Positions 32,954-41,901 of a stretch of 64,000 nucleotides of DNA are shown here, one piece after another; the first letter of the stretch is position 1; every line of letters begins with the position of its first letter. A program made the translations under genes and the position numbers. Where the stretch lies: the IMG/VR virus record IMGVR_UViG_3300037408_000925; one strand, 5' to 3'. This DNA is from an uncultured virus (IMG/VR IMGVR_UViG_3300037408_000925) (Duplodnaviria; Heunggongvirae; Uroviricota; Caudoviricetes). Under the pieces are notes generated by a model that made no database searches, had not been told where the DNA came from, and worked only from the letters and a program-made list of their open reading frames with translations.

Positions 32954-32969
32954 AGAGGAGCATTGAATT

Positions 32970-33575
32970 ATGGCTAAATTATTTTTTCGTTATGGTGCTA
33001 TGGGAGCATCAAAAACAGCTAATGCACTAATGGTAAAACACAACTATACAGAGAGAGGTCTTAATGCCATCTTATTAAAACCTGAAATAGATACTCGAAG
33101 TGGAAGAACTTCTGTAAGCTCTCGTATAGGTATTAGCTCAGAAGCTACCATAATAACAAAAGATACCGATATCCTTTTACTCGTGGATAATATTAAAAAT
33201 GAAATGGACTTACACTGTGTTATCGTAGATGAAGCACAGTTCTTATCTAAGATTCACATATCCTCTCTTTGTACTGTAGTAGATACTCTAGATATACCTG
33301 TTATATGCTATGGATTAAGAACAGATTTTCAAGGTGAGCTATTTGAAGGTAGTCAGTGGTTACTAGCTTGGTCAGACTCAATCGAAGAAATAAAAACTAT
33401 ATGTTGGTGTGAGAGTAAAGCTATTATGAATATGAGAAAGATTAATGATGTACCAACTTTTAGTGGAGATAAAATTTTAATCGGTGGAAATGATTCTTAT
33501 GAAGCTGTATGTAGAAAACATTTTATTGAAGAAGGATACAAATATGAAAAACTTAGAGAAGAGAAATCTTTTTAG
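32970..33575 (+). CDS. tdk: Thymidine kinase
   Basis: YGAMGASKT, SSRIG, VDEAQFL, YGLRTDF, IGG...Y..VCRKH. Confidence 0.95.
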   Translation: MAKLFFRYGAMGASKTANALMVKHNYTERGLNAILLKPEIDTRSGRTSVSSRIGISSEATIITKDTDILLLVDNIKNEMDLHCVIVDEAQFLSKIHISSLCTVVDTLDIPVICYGLRTDFQGELFEGSQWLLAWSDSIEEIKTICWCESKAIMNMRKINDVPTFSGDKILIGGNDSYEAVCRKHFIEEGYKYEKLREEKSF

Positions 33576-33600
33576 GAGTTTTTACGTACTATAGATATAT

Positions 33601-33660
33601 GAAGTGATAAATGAAGTGATAAATGAAGTGATAAATGAAGTGATAAATGAAGTGATAAAT
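33601..33660 (+). repeat. Five exact 12-bp tandem repeats (GAAGTGATAAAT)
   Basis: Read directly; followed by the variant GGGGTGATAGAT that contains the RBS. Confidence 0.95.
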
Positions 33661-33672
33661 GGGGTGATAGAT

Positions 33673-34548
33673 TTGAAAACATTGCAAGAGTATGGTGTAT
33701 ACAACATTACCCCTATCGAGGAGCATAGGGGTATATTTTATAAAAGAGATGATTACTACCAACCATTTGAGGATGTACCTTTATCTGGTGGGAAGGTTCG
33801 ACAAGCATTAAATCTTATACATGATAATTATAGATACATTAAAAATGAATGTAATGGGATTATTGCAACTGGAACTTCTGTTAATTCTCCTCAAGGTATT
33901 ATCGTAGCTAGAGTAGCTAAAGAGTTTGGTTTTCAAAGCCTTCTCATAGTAGGAGCTACAAAAAAAGAAACTCTACTAACTAACCCTCTTATAGTCAATG
34001 CTATTAATCTTGGAGCTAAAGTAGATTTAAAGTCTAAATTAGGTTATGACAGTACCCTAACAGCTAGAATAAATGAACTCGAAAAGAACTTGAAATTTTT
34101 TGTTGTGAAGTTTGGTATTAATTTAGATACCAACCCTAATGCAATAATAGATTCAATAGCTTTACAGGTACAAAATCTTCCTACAGATTTAGATGTTTTA
34201 ATAGTACCCGTAGGAAGTGCTATTACTTTTGGGGGAATCTTAAAGGGACTTATAAAATATAATATAAAACCTAAAAGAGTTATAGGAGTACAGATAGCTG
34301 GATATGACCGGACTGATGTAGTAAATAGAATATTAGATCAAGATACTATAGACTATGAGTTCTATCCCGATAAAACTTACGCCTACTCTAAACATCTTAC
34401 CCTATTCTTTAATGATAGAGAATTCTTAGATAAAATTTATGAAGCGAAAGCCTATGATTTCATGATGAGAAATATAGACGTTAAGAATAACAAGGTACTA
34501 TTCTGGATAGTTGGGGATAGTACACTGGCAAGAAAATTATGGTTATAA
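33673..34548 (+). CDS. PLP-dependent enzyme (fold type II; ACC deaminase/D-cysteine desulfhydrase-like)
   Basis: KRDD......SGGKVRQ, SPQ, VPVGSAIT..G, LD..YEAKA, LFWIVG. Confidence 0.7.
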   Translation: MKTLQEYGVYNITPIEEHRGIFYKRDDYYQPFEDVPLSGGKVRQALNLIHDNYRYIKNECNGIIATGTSVNSPQGIIVARVAKEFGFQSLLIVGATKKETLLTNPLIVNAINLGAKVDLKSKLGYDSTLTARINELEKNLKFFVVKFGINLDTNPNAIIDSIALQVQNLPTDLDVLIVPVGSAITFGGILKGLIKYNIKPKRVIGVQIAGYDRTDVVNRILDQDTIDYEFYPDKTYAYSKHLTLFFNDREFLDKIYEAKAYDFMMRNIDVKNNKVLFWIVGDSTLARKLWL

Positions 34549-34566
34549 GAAAGGACTCTGAGTACT

Positions 34567-35334
34567 ATGGAGTTTCATGGAATACCTGAAAACAACTCTA
34601 TAATACACCCTAAGAAGGAGGTCATACAGATTTTGTATGATAATCTTCCCCCTATTTCAGAGTTTATAAAGAAAAGAAAAATAACTCACAACAAATATAC
34701 TGAGTTAGCTCTTAAGTATGGGTATTCTAATTATAGAGTATGTACTTTGGCAGAACTACACTCTCTAAAACTAATGAAGTCCTTTACAGATAACCAAAAA
34801 CAGTTTTTTAATGATAATGGAGAGTTCTTAGTAATCTTTAATGAGATAGGTGGAAAACCTGTATCACTTGTATTCAGAAGTCTTAAAATTAAACAGTTTA
34901 TTGATTATTCTATGTTCTACACTGTATACGGACTAGATCTTATAAATCCTGATTTTAAATTTGGAAAGTGGATGATTCTTACTGAAGGTATTTATGATGC
35001 TGATAGCTTTAGAGTTATACACAAAGATATACTAGCTATGCTCACTAGTAATATAACTCTTATGCAAGCTGAAGTACTTACTACCCTAACAGATAAATTT
35101 ATTTTAGCTTTTGATAATGATGATGGGGGAAGAGCTGGGGTAACTCTCTCTACAAAAAGATTAAAAGACCTCAACCCTAAAATACAGATAGAGGTAATGC
35201 CTTTATACTCTACAGATAAAGACTTAGGAATATTAGAAGAATTATCCCATAACCCAGAAGACTATATGTACCGAAAGATTTTTTATGAGTCTTTTGTTTT
35301 CAATACTTTAAATACAGAGGGGTTTGGACTATGA
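34567..35334 (+). CDS. TOPRIM-domain primase-like protein
   Basis: YGLD, LTEGIYDA, LAFDNDDGGRAG, KDLG. Confidence 0.75.
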   Translation: MEFHGIPENNSIIHPKKEVIQILYDNLPPISEFIKKRKITHNKYTELALKYGYSNYRVCTLAELHSLKLMKSFTDNQKQFFNDNGEFLVIFNEIGGKPVSLVFRSLKIKQFIDYSMFYTVYGLDLINPDFKFGKWMILTEGIYDADSFRVIHKDILAMLTSNITLMQAEVLTTLTDKFILAFDNDDGGRAGVTLSTKRLKDLNPKIQIEVMPLYSTDKDLGILEELSHNPEDYMYRKIFYESFVFNTLNTEGFGL

Positions 35335-35651
35335 GAAAAATATTAATTCGATTACTTAAGAACCTTCTTTTAAGAATTGATGTAGACTCAGTAACTACCT
35401 ACTCAGATTTGTCTGGTAGTACTGAGAAGTTACTTAGTGAAAATGATACCCAAATATCTATTATATTACAACACTTTGGGAGGAGCTTCTTTCGAATTTG
35501 TAATTTATATAGTATGATTACAAGAAAAGAGAAGGAAAAGGAGGAAGAAGTAATTAAATTAATACTTAATTGTGAAATAGTACTGTGTAAATCCTATATA
35601 GACAGACTACCTTATCTACTTAACAAAAAAGAATAATGAGGAGGGATTACT

Positions 35652-36368
35652 CTGAACAAGAAATTATTAAGAACTTTAAGTATCCTAATAATTGCACTGT
35701 TACTGTTAGTCTTGATATCTATTCCTTACATTGTCCAAGTAGACAAAGTAAATAGACTGAATATCACTATACAAGAAGCAAAAAATGAGTTAGAACAGAT
35801 AAGAGTAGGAAATAAAAAATTACAGGAAAAATTACAGGAAAAACTACAGAAATCCCTAGAGCAAAACTCTTACACTACAAAGCAATTAGATGAAATCTTT
35901 AAAAAGGCAAGCACACTAGAACAACAAATAAAAACTCTTGAAAGTATTAATAATAGAATACAAGCTTCTAAAACAATAGTTAGTAGAGGAACTAAAAGAG
36001 ACTATATAGTAACAAAGAAAATTCTAAATAATAGTAAGATGCTTAATATGAGAGCTACTGCATATGACCTATCCATAGTAAGTTGTGGAAAAAGACCTAG
36101 CCACCCTGAGTATGGTATAACGAGAACTGGAGAGAGAGTTATTTATAAAACTACTGTAGCTGTAGACCCTAACACAATACCTTTAGGAAGTATTCTATAT
36201 ATTCAATTTCCTGAAAAATACTCATACATGAACGGCATATATAAAGCTATGGATACAGGATCAGCTGTTAAAGGAGATATTATTGATATTTATATGGGAG
36301 AAAATAAAACCTCTCTTTGTAATAAATTTGGAATACAAAAAGCTAAAGTATATATATTAGAAAAGTAA
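35652..36368 (+). CDS. 3D-domain cell-wall protein with TM anchor and coiled coil (probable CTG start)
   Basis: ATAY...G.T.TG...VAVDP..IPLGS...A.DTG.A.KG..ID; in-frame CTG after a GAGGAGGG RBS adds a TM segment. Confidence 0.85.
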   Translation: MNKKLLRTLSILIIALLLLVLISIPYIVQVDKVNRLNITIQEAKNELEQIRVGNKKLQEKLQEKLQKSLEQNSYTTKQLDEIFKKASTLEQQIKTLESINNRIQASKTIVSRGTKRDYIVTKKILNNSKMLNMRATAYDLSIVSCGKRPSHPEYGITRTGERVIYKTTVAVDPNTIPLGSILYIQFPEKYSYMNGIYKAMDTGSAVKGDIIDIYMGENKTSLCNKFGIQKAKVYILEK

Positions 36369-36410
36369 TACTTTATGGTAAATTCACTATTTTGGGAGGT
36401 AAATACATAA

Positions 36411-37598
36411 ATGGTTAATATTGAGAAGCTTGAATTAACTTGTATAGGAAAGGGTGATAAATCTAAAAAGGATCTCGGAAGGTTGATTTATGATGAGGAA
36501 AAATCTTATGGAGATGAAAATACTGAGAATATTTTAATATATGGGGATAATTTACTTGCATTAAAGACATTGGAACATGACTACTCTGGGAAAATAAAAT
36601 GTATTTATATAGACCCTCCCTATAATACAGGTTTGGTCTTTGATCACTATAAGGATAATTTAGAACATGATACTTGGCTTAGTTTTATGAAATCAAGATT
36701 GGATGTTCTTTATAATTTGTTGAGTGATGATGGGAGTATCTGGATTAGTATTGATGATAATGAATGTCATTACTTAAAAGTTCTCTGTGATAAAATTTTT
36801 GGTCGCAAAAATTTTATCACTAATATTATATGGGAAAAAAAGTACACCAGAGCTAATGACACAAAATGGTTATCTGATACTCATGATCATATTTTACTTT
36901 ATGCTAAAAATAAAAATGTATGGAGACCAAATAGATTACCTCGTTCTGAAGAAATGGATAAGGCATATAGAAATCCAGATAAGAGTTCTAAAGGTGTGTG
37001 GAAATCCACTCCTCTTCATGCAAAAAGTGGATCTTTATTTAGTGAGAAGTTTAGTTTTACTTTCAAAAATGGAGTTACTTGGATGCCTCCATTAGGAACA
37101 TTTGAAAGATATACTAAAGAAAGCTTAGCTCGAATGGATGAAAATGATGAGATTTGGTTTGGTAAGGATGGGAAAGCTATACCCTCAAGAAAAACGTTTT
37201 TGTGTGACTTGAAAAAGGTAGGTGTACCTTCAAAAACTCTTTGGAGATTTGATGAGGTTGGTCATACTCATGAGGCAAGAGCAGAAGTAAAAATTTTTAA
37301 TGGGGATGATGTTTTTGCTACTCCAAAGCCAGAAAGACTTTTAGAAAGAATACTAACCTTGGGTTCTACTGAAGGTGATTTAGTTCTTGATAGTTTCCTT
37401 GGTTCTGGAACTACCGCTGCCGTTGCACTTAAAATGGGTAGAAGATGGATTGGTATTGAGATTGGTAAACACTGTTATACCCATTGTAAAACTCGCTTGG
37501 ATAAAGTTGTAGACGGAGAACAGGGAGGAATTTCAAAAAGAGTTAATTGGAGTGGTGGTGGTTATAGGTTTTATCATCTAGTACCATTATTACTCTAA
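36411..37598 (+). CDS. Orphan N6-adenine DNA methyltransferase (type III Mod-like, beta class)
   Basis: [33 protein letters not shown]. Confidence 0.92.
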   Translation: MVNIEKLELTCIGKGDKSKKDLGRLIYDEEKSYGDENTENILIYGDNLLALKTLEHDYSGKIKCIYIDPPYNTGLVFDHYKDNLEHDTWLSFMKSRLDVLYNLLSDDGSIWISIDDNECHYLKVLCDKIFGRKNFITNIIWEKKYTRANDTKWLSDTHDHILLYAKNKNVWRPNRLPRSEEMDKAYRNPDKSSKGVWKSTPLHAKSGSLFSEKFSFTFKNGVTWMPPLGTFERYTKESLARMDENDEIWFGKDGKAIPSRKTFLCDLKKVGVPSKTLWRFDEVGHTHEARAEVKIFNGDDVFATPKPERLLERILTLGSTEGDLVLDSFLGSGTTAAVALKMGRRWIGIEIGKHCYTHCKTRLDKVVDGEQGGISKRVNWSGGGYRFYHLVPLLL

Positions 37599-38337
37599 AA
37601 AGATAGTTAGGGGAATTTGAGTATATATTAGGTTGATAGGACGAAGAGGGATACAAAAAGCTAAAGTGTATATATTAGAAAAGTAATACTCTTATATCAG
37701 TGTTTACATTGAAAAGATTTTAAAGTTATATTATAATACTACTATGAGTATTTCCCACAAATAATATGTAAGAGTTTTCAAAAATAGACATGTAATTAAT
37801 GTCTATTTTTGCTTTATAACACAATAAAAAAGGAGCTGTGCCACATGAGTAAAAATATCCTACCATTCAAAGAGAAAGACCCTAACAAAAGTAGAGAGAT
37901 AGTAAGACGTAACGAACTAACACCCATTATCACCCAAATTGTCGAGAACGTAAATCAAATGGCTCACCATTTACTAAATGATGTTAATACACTCTTCAAA
38001 AGATTTGTATACCCTAACATGATGAGACTTAACGCTATCGAAAATGTTCTAATAGCCAAAGGTGTTCTAACCAAAGAGGAAATTAACGAAGAATCTAAAA
38101 AAATTACAGCTGAAGCTGTAGCAAAAGCTAAAGAAATTCAAACAGAAGACCCTAACAAAAAAGAAGAAGAACCTCAAGAAGAAACAAACATAGAAGAAAT
38201 GAAGAAAACTGAAGAAGGTTTAAATGAAAAACCTAAAGAAAATTTAGAAAATACTGAGGTAATAGAAGAGATTATAAAGTAAATAAAATTCTAATTTAGA
38301 GTATTGAGATAGACCTCTTATTTAGGTCTATTTTATT

Positions 38338-38367
38338 TTGACATAATATATTTTTATATGATATAAT
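38338..38367 (+). promoter_or_regulatory. sigmaA-type promoter
   Basis: TTGACA-18-TATAAT with TG. Confidence 0.7.
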
Positions 38368-39331
38368 AAGATAGTGGGGATTTTATTTTTAGGGAGGTAT
38401 ATATTATGTCAGATAAAATTTTAGATTTAGAGGGTTTTCATGATGTAGCTACCTTATATTCATACAAAGTTTACATCAGTGGTTACTGTAATGGTAGGTG
38501 GGTTGGTAAGTTAGTAGATGAGGAAGGAAAGACTATTAGCCTATTTGGTATGGAACAGGATGATATATGTCCTTCACATGATAAGGAAGTAACAGAAAAC
38601 TTCACTAAAAAGTTATTTGAGGAATATAAGAAAAATTAGAGAGGACGATAAAAATGCTAATAAAATGTGATGGTAAATGTATTGATGGGGAGAGGGTATG
38701 GGAGTATACTCCCATACCACTTCCACCTGTAGGTTCAATCTTAAGGGTACATCCTTTTAAAGAGATAGGAGAGGAGGGAGATGCTAAAGAGTATAGGGTT
38801 TTATATTATGAGTTTAATATTCATAGATCATACAATTTTACTTATAGAAGAGATGAACCAATAATGCATGTGGAGAGGGTACGTAAATCTAGTATGGATG
38901 TATAGAGAGGATGATAAAAATGAAAACTGAGGTAATTCTAGAACAATCAGCAATAACCCTAACAAAATGTGATTGGGAACATTCCTACTCACGAGATATT
39001 TCCTTTCAAGAACTTAGAAATAGCTCTATAGGAGATGAGTTCACTGTTGATGGTAACATATGTGGTAGAGGGGTGACAGACGAAACCCTAAGAATTATTT
39101 ATAAAGCCTCTGACGGTGTAGCTGGACTACTCTCTGTAGAATATACATCAGATGAACCGAATCCTATTGATTCTGAAGGTATTAAACTTATTTGGTTTAG
39201 TTATGCGTAGGATGGTTTATGATAACATCGCTGAAAGTTAGACTAGAGCCTAACAACAATCTGATGTTTTTGTCATATGAAAATAAATAACATGATAACA
39301 TCACTAATTTAAAAATTTTATATTTAGGGTA

Positions 39332-39395
39332 TTGACAAAGATAAACTCACTGATTTATACTATGAGAGATGTTAGTTGAGACCCTTGAAAATTAA
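39332..39395 (+). promoter_or_regulatory. Promoter and boxA-like leader of the ncRNA/tRNA operon
   Basis: TTGACA-18-TATACT followed by GACCCTTGAAAATTAA. Confidence 0.55.
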
Positions 39396-39400
39396 ATAAT

Positions 39401-39536
39401 ACATGAAAGCTGTGTAGGAATACTTTACATCGTTGCTAGATGGTCTAGCGTTTTCATTTGGAGAAAAAATTTGTTGGTTCAATTCCGACACGAGCCTCTT
39501 TGAGGTTTCAAAGTACCTAGTTATTCTCTTTCATGT
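39401..39536 (+). ncRNA. Y-RNA-like tRNA mimic, copy 1
   Basis: Terminal stem ACATGAAAG/CTTTCATGT; CTGTGTAGGAA...CCTAGTTATTCT; internal D-, anticodon- and T-like arms (GTTGG TTCAATT CCGAC). Confidence 0.7.
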
Positions 39537-39553
39537 TAAAATATTTATAAGAT

Positions 39554-39611
39554 AGTATAGATGGATACTTAAAAGGTTCGAATCCTTTTATCTTAAGTAC
39601 ATCTAAGTGCT
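39554..39611 (+). ncRNA. Minimal T-arm-only member of the same RNA family (tentative)
   Basis: TAGATG/CATCTA and TACTT/AAGTA stems enclose AAAGG TTCGAAT CCTTT. Confidence 0.45.
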
Positions 39612-39792
39612 CCCTATGTAAGTAGGTGGAAGATTGTAGCAACGACACAGGCACTGTTAAGGAGCTACCTCAAGCTGATATGGGTTTCAAAGGCTGAACC
39701 ACTAGTCTAATAATCAGTTTAATATAGGTGACAGATGGGGAAAGACCCATATTTTATTTGTCAATTTCTACTATGGGTAGATGCTGTTGATT

Positions 39793-39886
39793 ACGGTAGG
39801 AACTACGGAATTTTAAGCCTGTGGAGATAGTAGGTTACGAGGTCAGTGAAGCAGGAATCATCTCACTTTAGTGATGTGAGGTTCAA
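39793..39886 (+). mobile_element. IS200/IS605 right end / TnpB omegaRNA-like scaffold, with no tnpB in the window
   Basis: ACGGTAGGAACTACGG...GCCTGTGGAGA...TGAAGCAGGAATC...CTTTAG...TCAA. Confidence 0.7.
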
Positions 39887-39904
39887 AGTATTAGTGTGGT
39901 AGTA

Positions 39905-39957
39905 GGGTTTTTATTGTTCTATGGTGACAGGGTTTCCCTAAAAAACCCAACACCATA
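39905..39957 (+). ncRNA. Pseudoknot motif, copy 1
   Basis: GGGTTTTT/AAAAACCC crossed by TATGGTG/CACCATA. Confidence 0.5.
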
Positions 39958-39964
39958 TTTATGT

Positions 39965-40036
39965 CGCACTGTAGGGAAGTGGTATCCCATTGGACTCATA
40001 ATCCAAAGAACATTGGTTCAAATCCAATCGGTGCTA
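39965..40036 (+). tRNA. tRNA-Met(CAT), initiator-like 1:72 mismatch
   Basis: TTGGA ct CAT aa TCCAA; T-loop TTCAAAT; C1.T72 mismatch. Confidence 0.85.
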
Positions 40037-40153
40037 TAAGTAGTTTTAAATGATATTTACAAGCAGAGAACCTTTCATTCTTCTTAGGATCTAAAAGTAA
40101 CACCTAAGAGAGAGTAAGAGTTCAAACTTGAAAAGTTTTAGTTAAATTACTTA

Positions 40154-40206
40154 GGTTTTTTCTGGTTGTTGGTGACAAGGTTTTCCCATATAAAACCCAA
40201 CACCAA
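40154..40206 (+). ncRNA. Pseudoknot motif, copy 2
   Basis: GGTTTT/AAAACC crossed by TTGGTG/CACCAA; compensatory change relative to copy 1. Confidence 0.5.
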
Positions 40207-40242
40207 GTATAAATGAGGTATTTTAAAGTAGGGGGAAAAACA

Positions 40243-40989
40243 TTGAAAAAGCTTAATCAAGTTATTGCAATTGAGAAGGGAATTAAATCAAGATCATATG
40301 CTACAGTATCAGATCTACACAAAATATCCCTAAAACCTGATCTGTTTAATGGTTTTACTAAAACTTATCAGAAAAAAGATGAAGAAGGGGAAGACTATCC
40401 TCAAGAAAAAAAGAAGGTTATTCATACGGCAGTTGAGCAAATAGATGGTTTGTGTACCACCCTAACTGAGATGTTTGATATAACTGCTACTAAAGATTAT
40501 GCTAATTGTAATGCTTTAGCTGATATAATTGTTGAGGGTAAGTGTTTAGCTAGTGGTGTACCAGCTACATTTCTTTTATTCTTAGAGAAGCAAATTAATG
40601 ATATTAGGTCATTTGTAGAAGCACTTCCTGTATTAGATGAGTCAGAGGATTGGACTTTTGATGTAAACTCTGGACAGTATAAAACGGAAACAACCACAAC
40701 TCACAAGTCAAAAAAGGTACAAAAGCCTATAGTATTATCAGAAGCTACTAAGGAGCATCCAGCACAAACTCAGTTAATTAGTGATGATGTTTTGGTAGGA
40801 TATTGGAATACAGTTAAGTATAGTGGTGCTTTACCTGTACCTATAAAACAGGGTATTTTGACTAGGATTGAGAAGTTTTCATCAGCTGTTAAGTGTGCTA
40901 GGGAAGAGGCAAATAATGTAGAGGCTAGTAATGTGAACATTGGTAATAACATACTTCAGTATATTTTTGTGAGTCAAGATAAAACTTAG
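40243..40989 (+). CDS. Conserved uncharacterised protein (recalled as DUF7873-like) embedded in the ncRNA island
   Basis: KLNQVIAIEKG.K...F.G..KTYQ..DEEG...P...VPATFLLFLEKQ...ATKEHPAQ...G.W....SGALP...AVK.AREEAN; TTG start after GGGGG. Confidence 0.65.
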   Translation: MKKLNQVIAIEKGIKSRSYATVSDLHKISLKPDLFNGFTKTYQKKDEEGEDYPQEKKKVIHTAVEQIDGLCTTLTEMFDITATKDYANCNALADIIVEGKCLASGVPATFLLFLEKQINDIRSFVEALPVLDESEDWTFDVNSGQYKTETTTTHKSKKVQKPIVLSEATKEHPAQTQLISDDVLVGYWNTVKYSGALPVPIKQGILTRIEKFSSAVKCAREEANNVEASNVNIGNNILQYIFVSQDKT

Positions 40990-41332
40990 ACTTAAATTAA
41001 AAAAAGCGATTATTGGAGGTTCGAGTCCTTCCATCCCGATATGACGGGATGTGGTGGAATGGCAGACACATCGCAGTCAATTTTAATTTCTAACTCACAA
41101 GCTAAATATAGGCTATGATTACTACATCAAATTTTACTTGACGGATAAGTTAAGTGATGGTTCGATTCCGTCTCTCGCCTTTTTTCTAAAAATAGTAGTA
41201 AGTATAAACTATGGCGGGGTAACTTAATGGTAGAGTGAACATACTAAGATATGATCAAGTAAATTAAATGTCGGTAGTAATGTAAATCATGCCACAAAAT
41301 TATCGTAAAGAGGGAAGGGTATCCCTCTTTAC
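40975..41332 (+). ncRNA. Large structured RNA with two circularly permuted tRNA-like domains
   Basis: Order is T-arm, capped acceptor stem, D-arm at 41006-41074 and 41149-41240; nested closing helices; terminal hairpin 41305-41332. Confidence 0.75.
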
Positions 41333-41346
41333 ACTTAAAAATTTAA

Positions 41347-41483
41347 TATAGTTAAGGCTGTGTAGGAAGTAGTTTCCATCGTATTGTTCAATTGGTAGAA
41401 CAGTTTTCCTAAAATAAACTAGTTGTCGGTTCAAGTCCGATTATGATAACAGTAAACTACCCTAGTTATCCTCCTTAACTATA
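41347..41483 (+). ncRNA. Y-RNA-like tRNA mimic, copy 2
   Basis: TATAGTTAAGG/CCTTAACTATA; CTGTGTAGGAAGTAGTTT...AAACTACCCTAGTTATCCT; D and T arms. Confidence 0.75.
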
Positions 41484-41495
41484 ATTTGAAGATAT

Positions 41496-41628
41496 AGATA
41501 CATGCTGTGTAGGAAGTAGTTTCCATCGTATAGCTCAATTGGTAGAGCACTAGACATTTAATCTGGCTGTAATGGGTTCAAATCCTATTATGATAACAAC
41601 AAACTACCCTAATTATTCTCATGTATCT
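41496..41628 (+). ncRNA. Y-RNA-like tRNA mimic, copy 3
   Basis: AGATACATG/CATGTATCT; same core; GCTC AATTGGTA GAGC; CTAGA CATTTAA TCTGG; TTCAAAT T-loop. Confidence 0.75.
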
Positions 41629-41639
41629 TAAAATTTATT

Positions 41640-41727
41640 GGGTAGGAATTACCCTTTAGCCCCTGTAAACTTGTACCAATAGGTATATTGAAGGGGAAGC
41701 TCGTGACTTTAGTCATGAGTAATTCAC
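41640..41727 (+). mobile_element. Second IS200/IS605 right end / omegaRNA-like scaffold
   Basis: GGGTAGGAATTACCC...GCCCCTGT...TTGAAGGGGAA GCTCGTGAC TTTA GTCATGAGT...TCAC. Confidence 0.6.
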
Positions 41728-41901
41728 AAAGTGTATTTCAAAGGGTCAACTATTGGAATGTAATTAAATTAGTCTTTGAAAAGCTAAGAGTATTGGAAGG
41801 ACCTCCTCTACAAATTACAGAAAGGTAGTCTTTGAAATACATTTTATAAGTTTTAAGTATTCTTCTTATATACAAGTTAGTGAGAATTATTTTTTATAGG
41901 A

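Noticed and set aside
33604..33672. (INEV)n N-terminal extension of the PLP enzyme
   Set aside because: It is the translation of the 12-bp DNA repeat; the better RBS points to TTG at 33673.
41496..41628. Calling the Y-like copies functional tRNA-Lys or tRNA-Gln
   Set aside because: The acceptor is shortened and embedded in a longer conserved stem, the anticodon loops are atypical, and there is no free 3' end.
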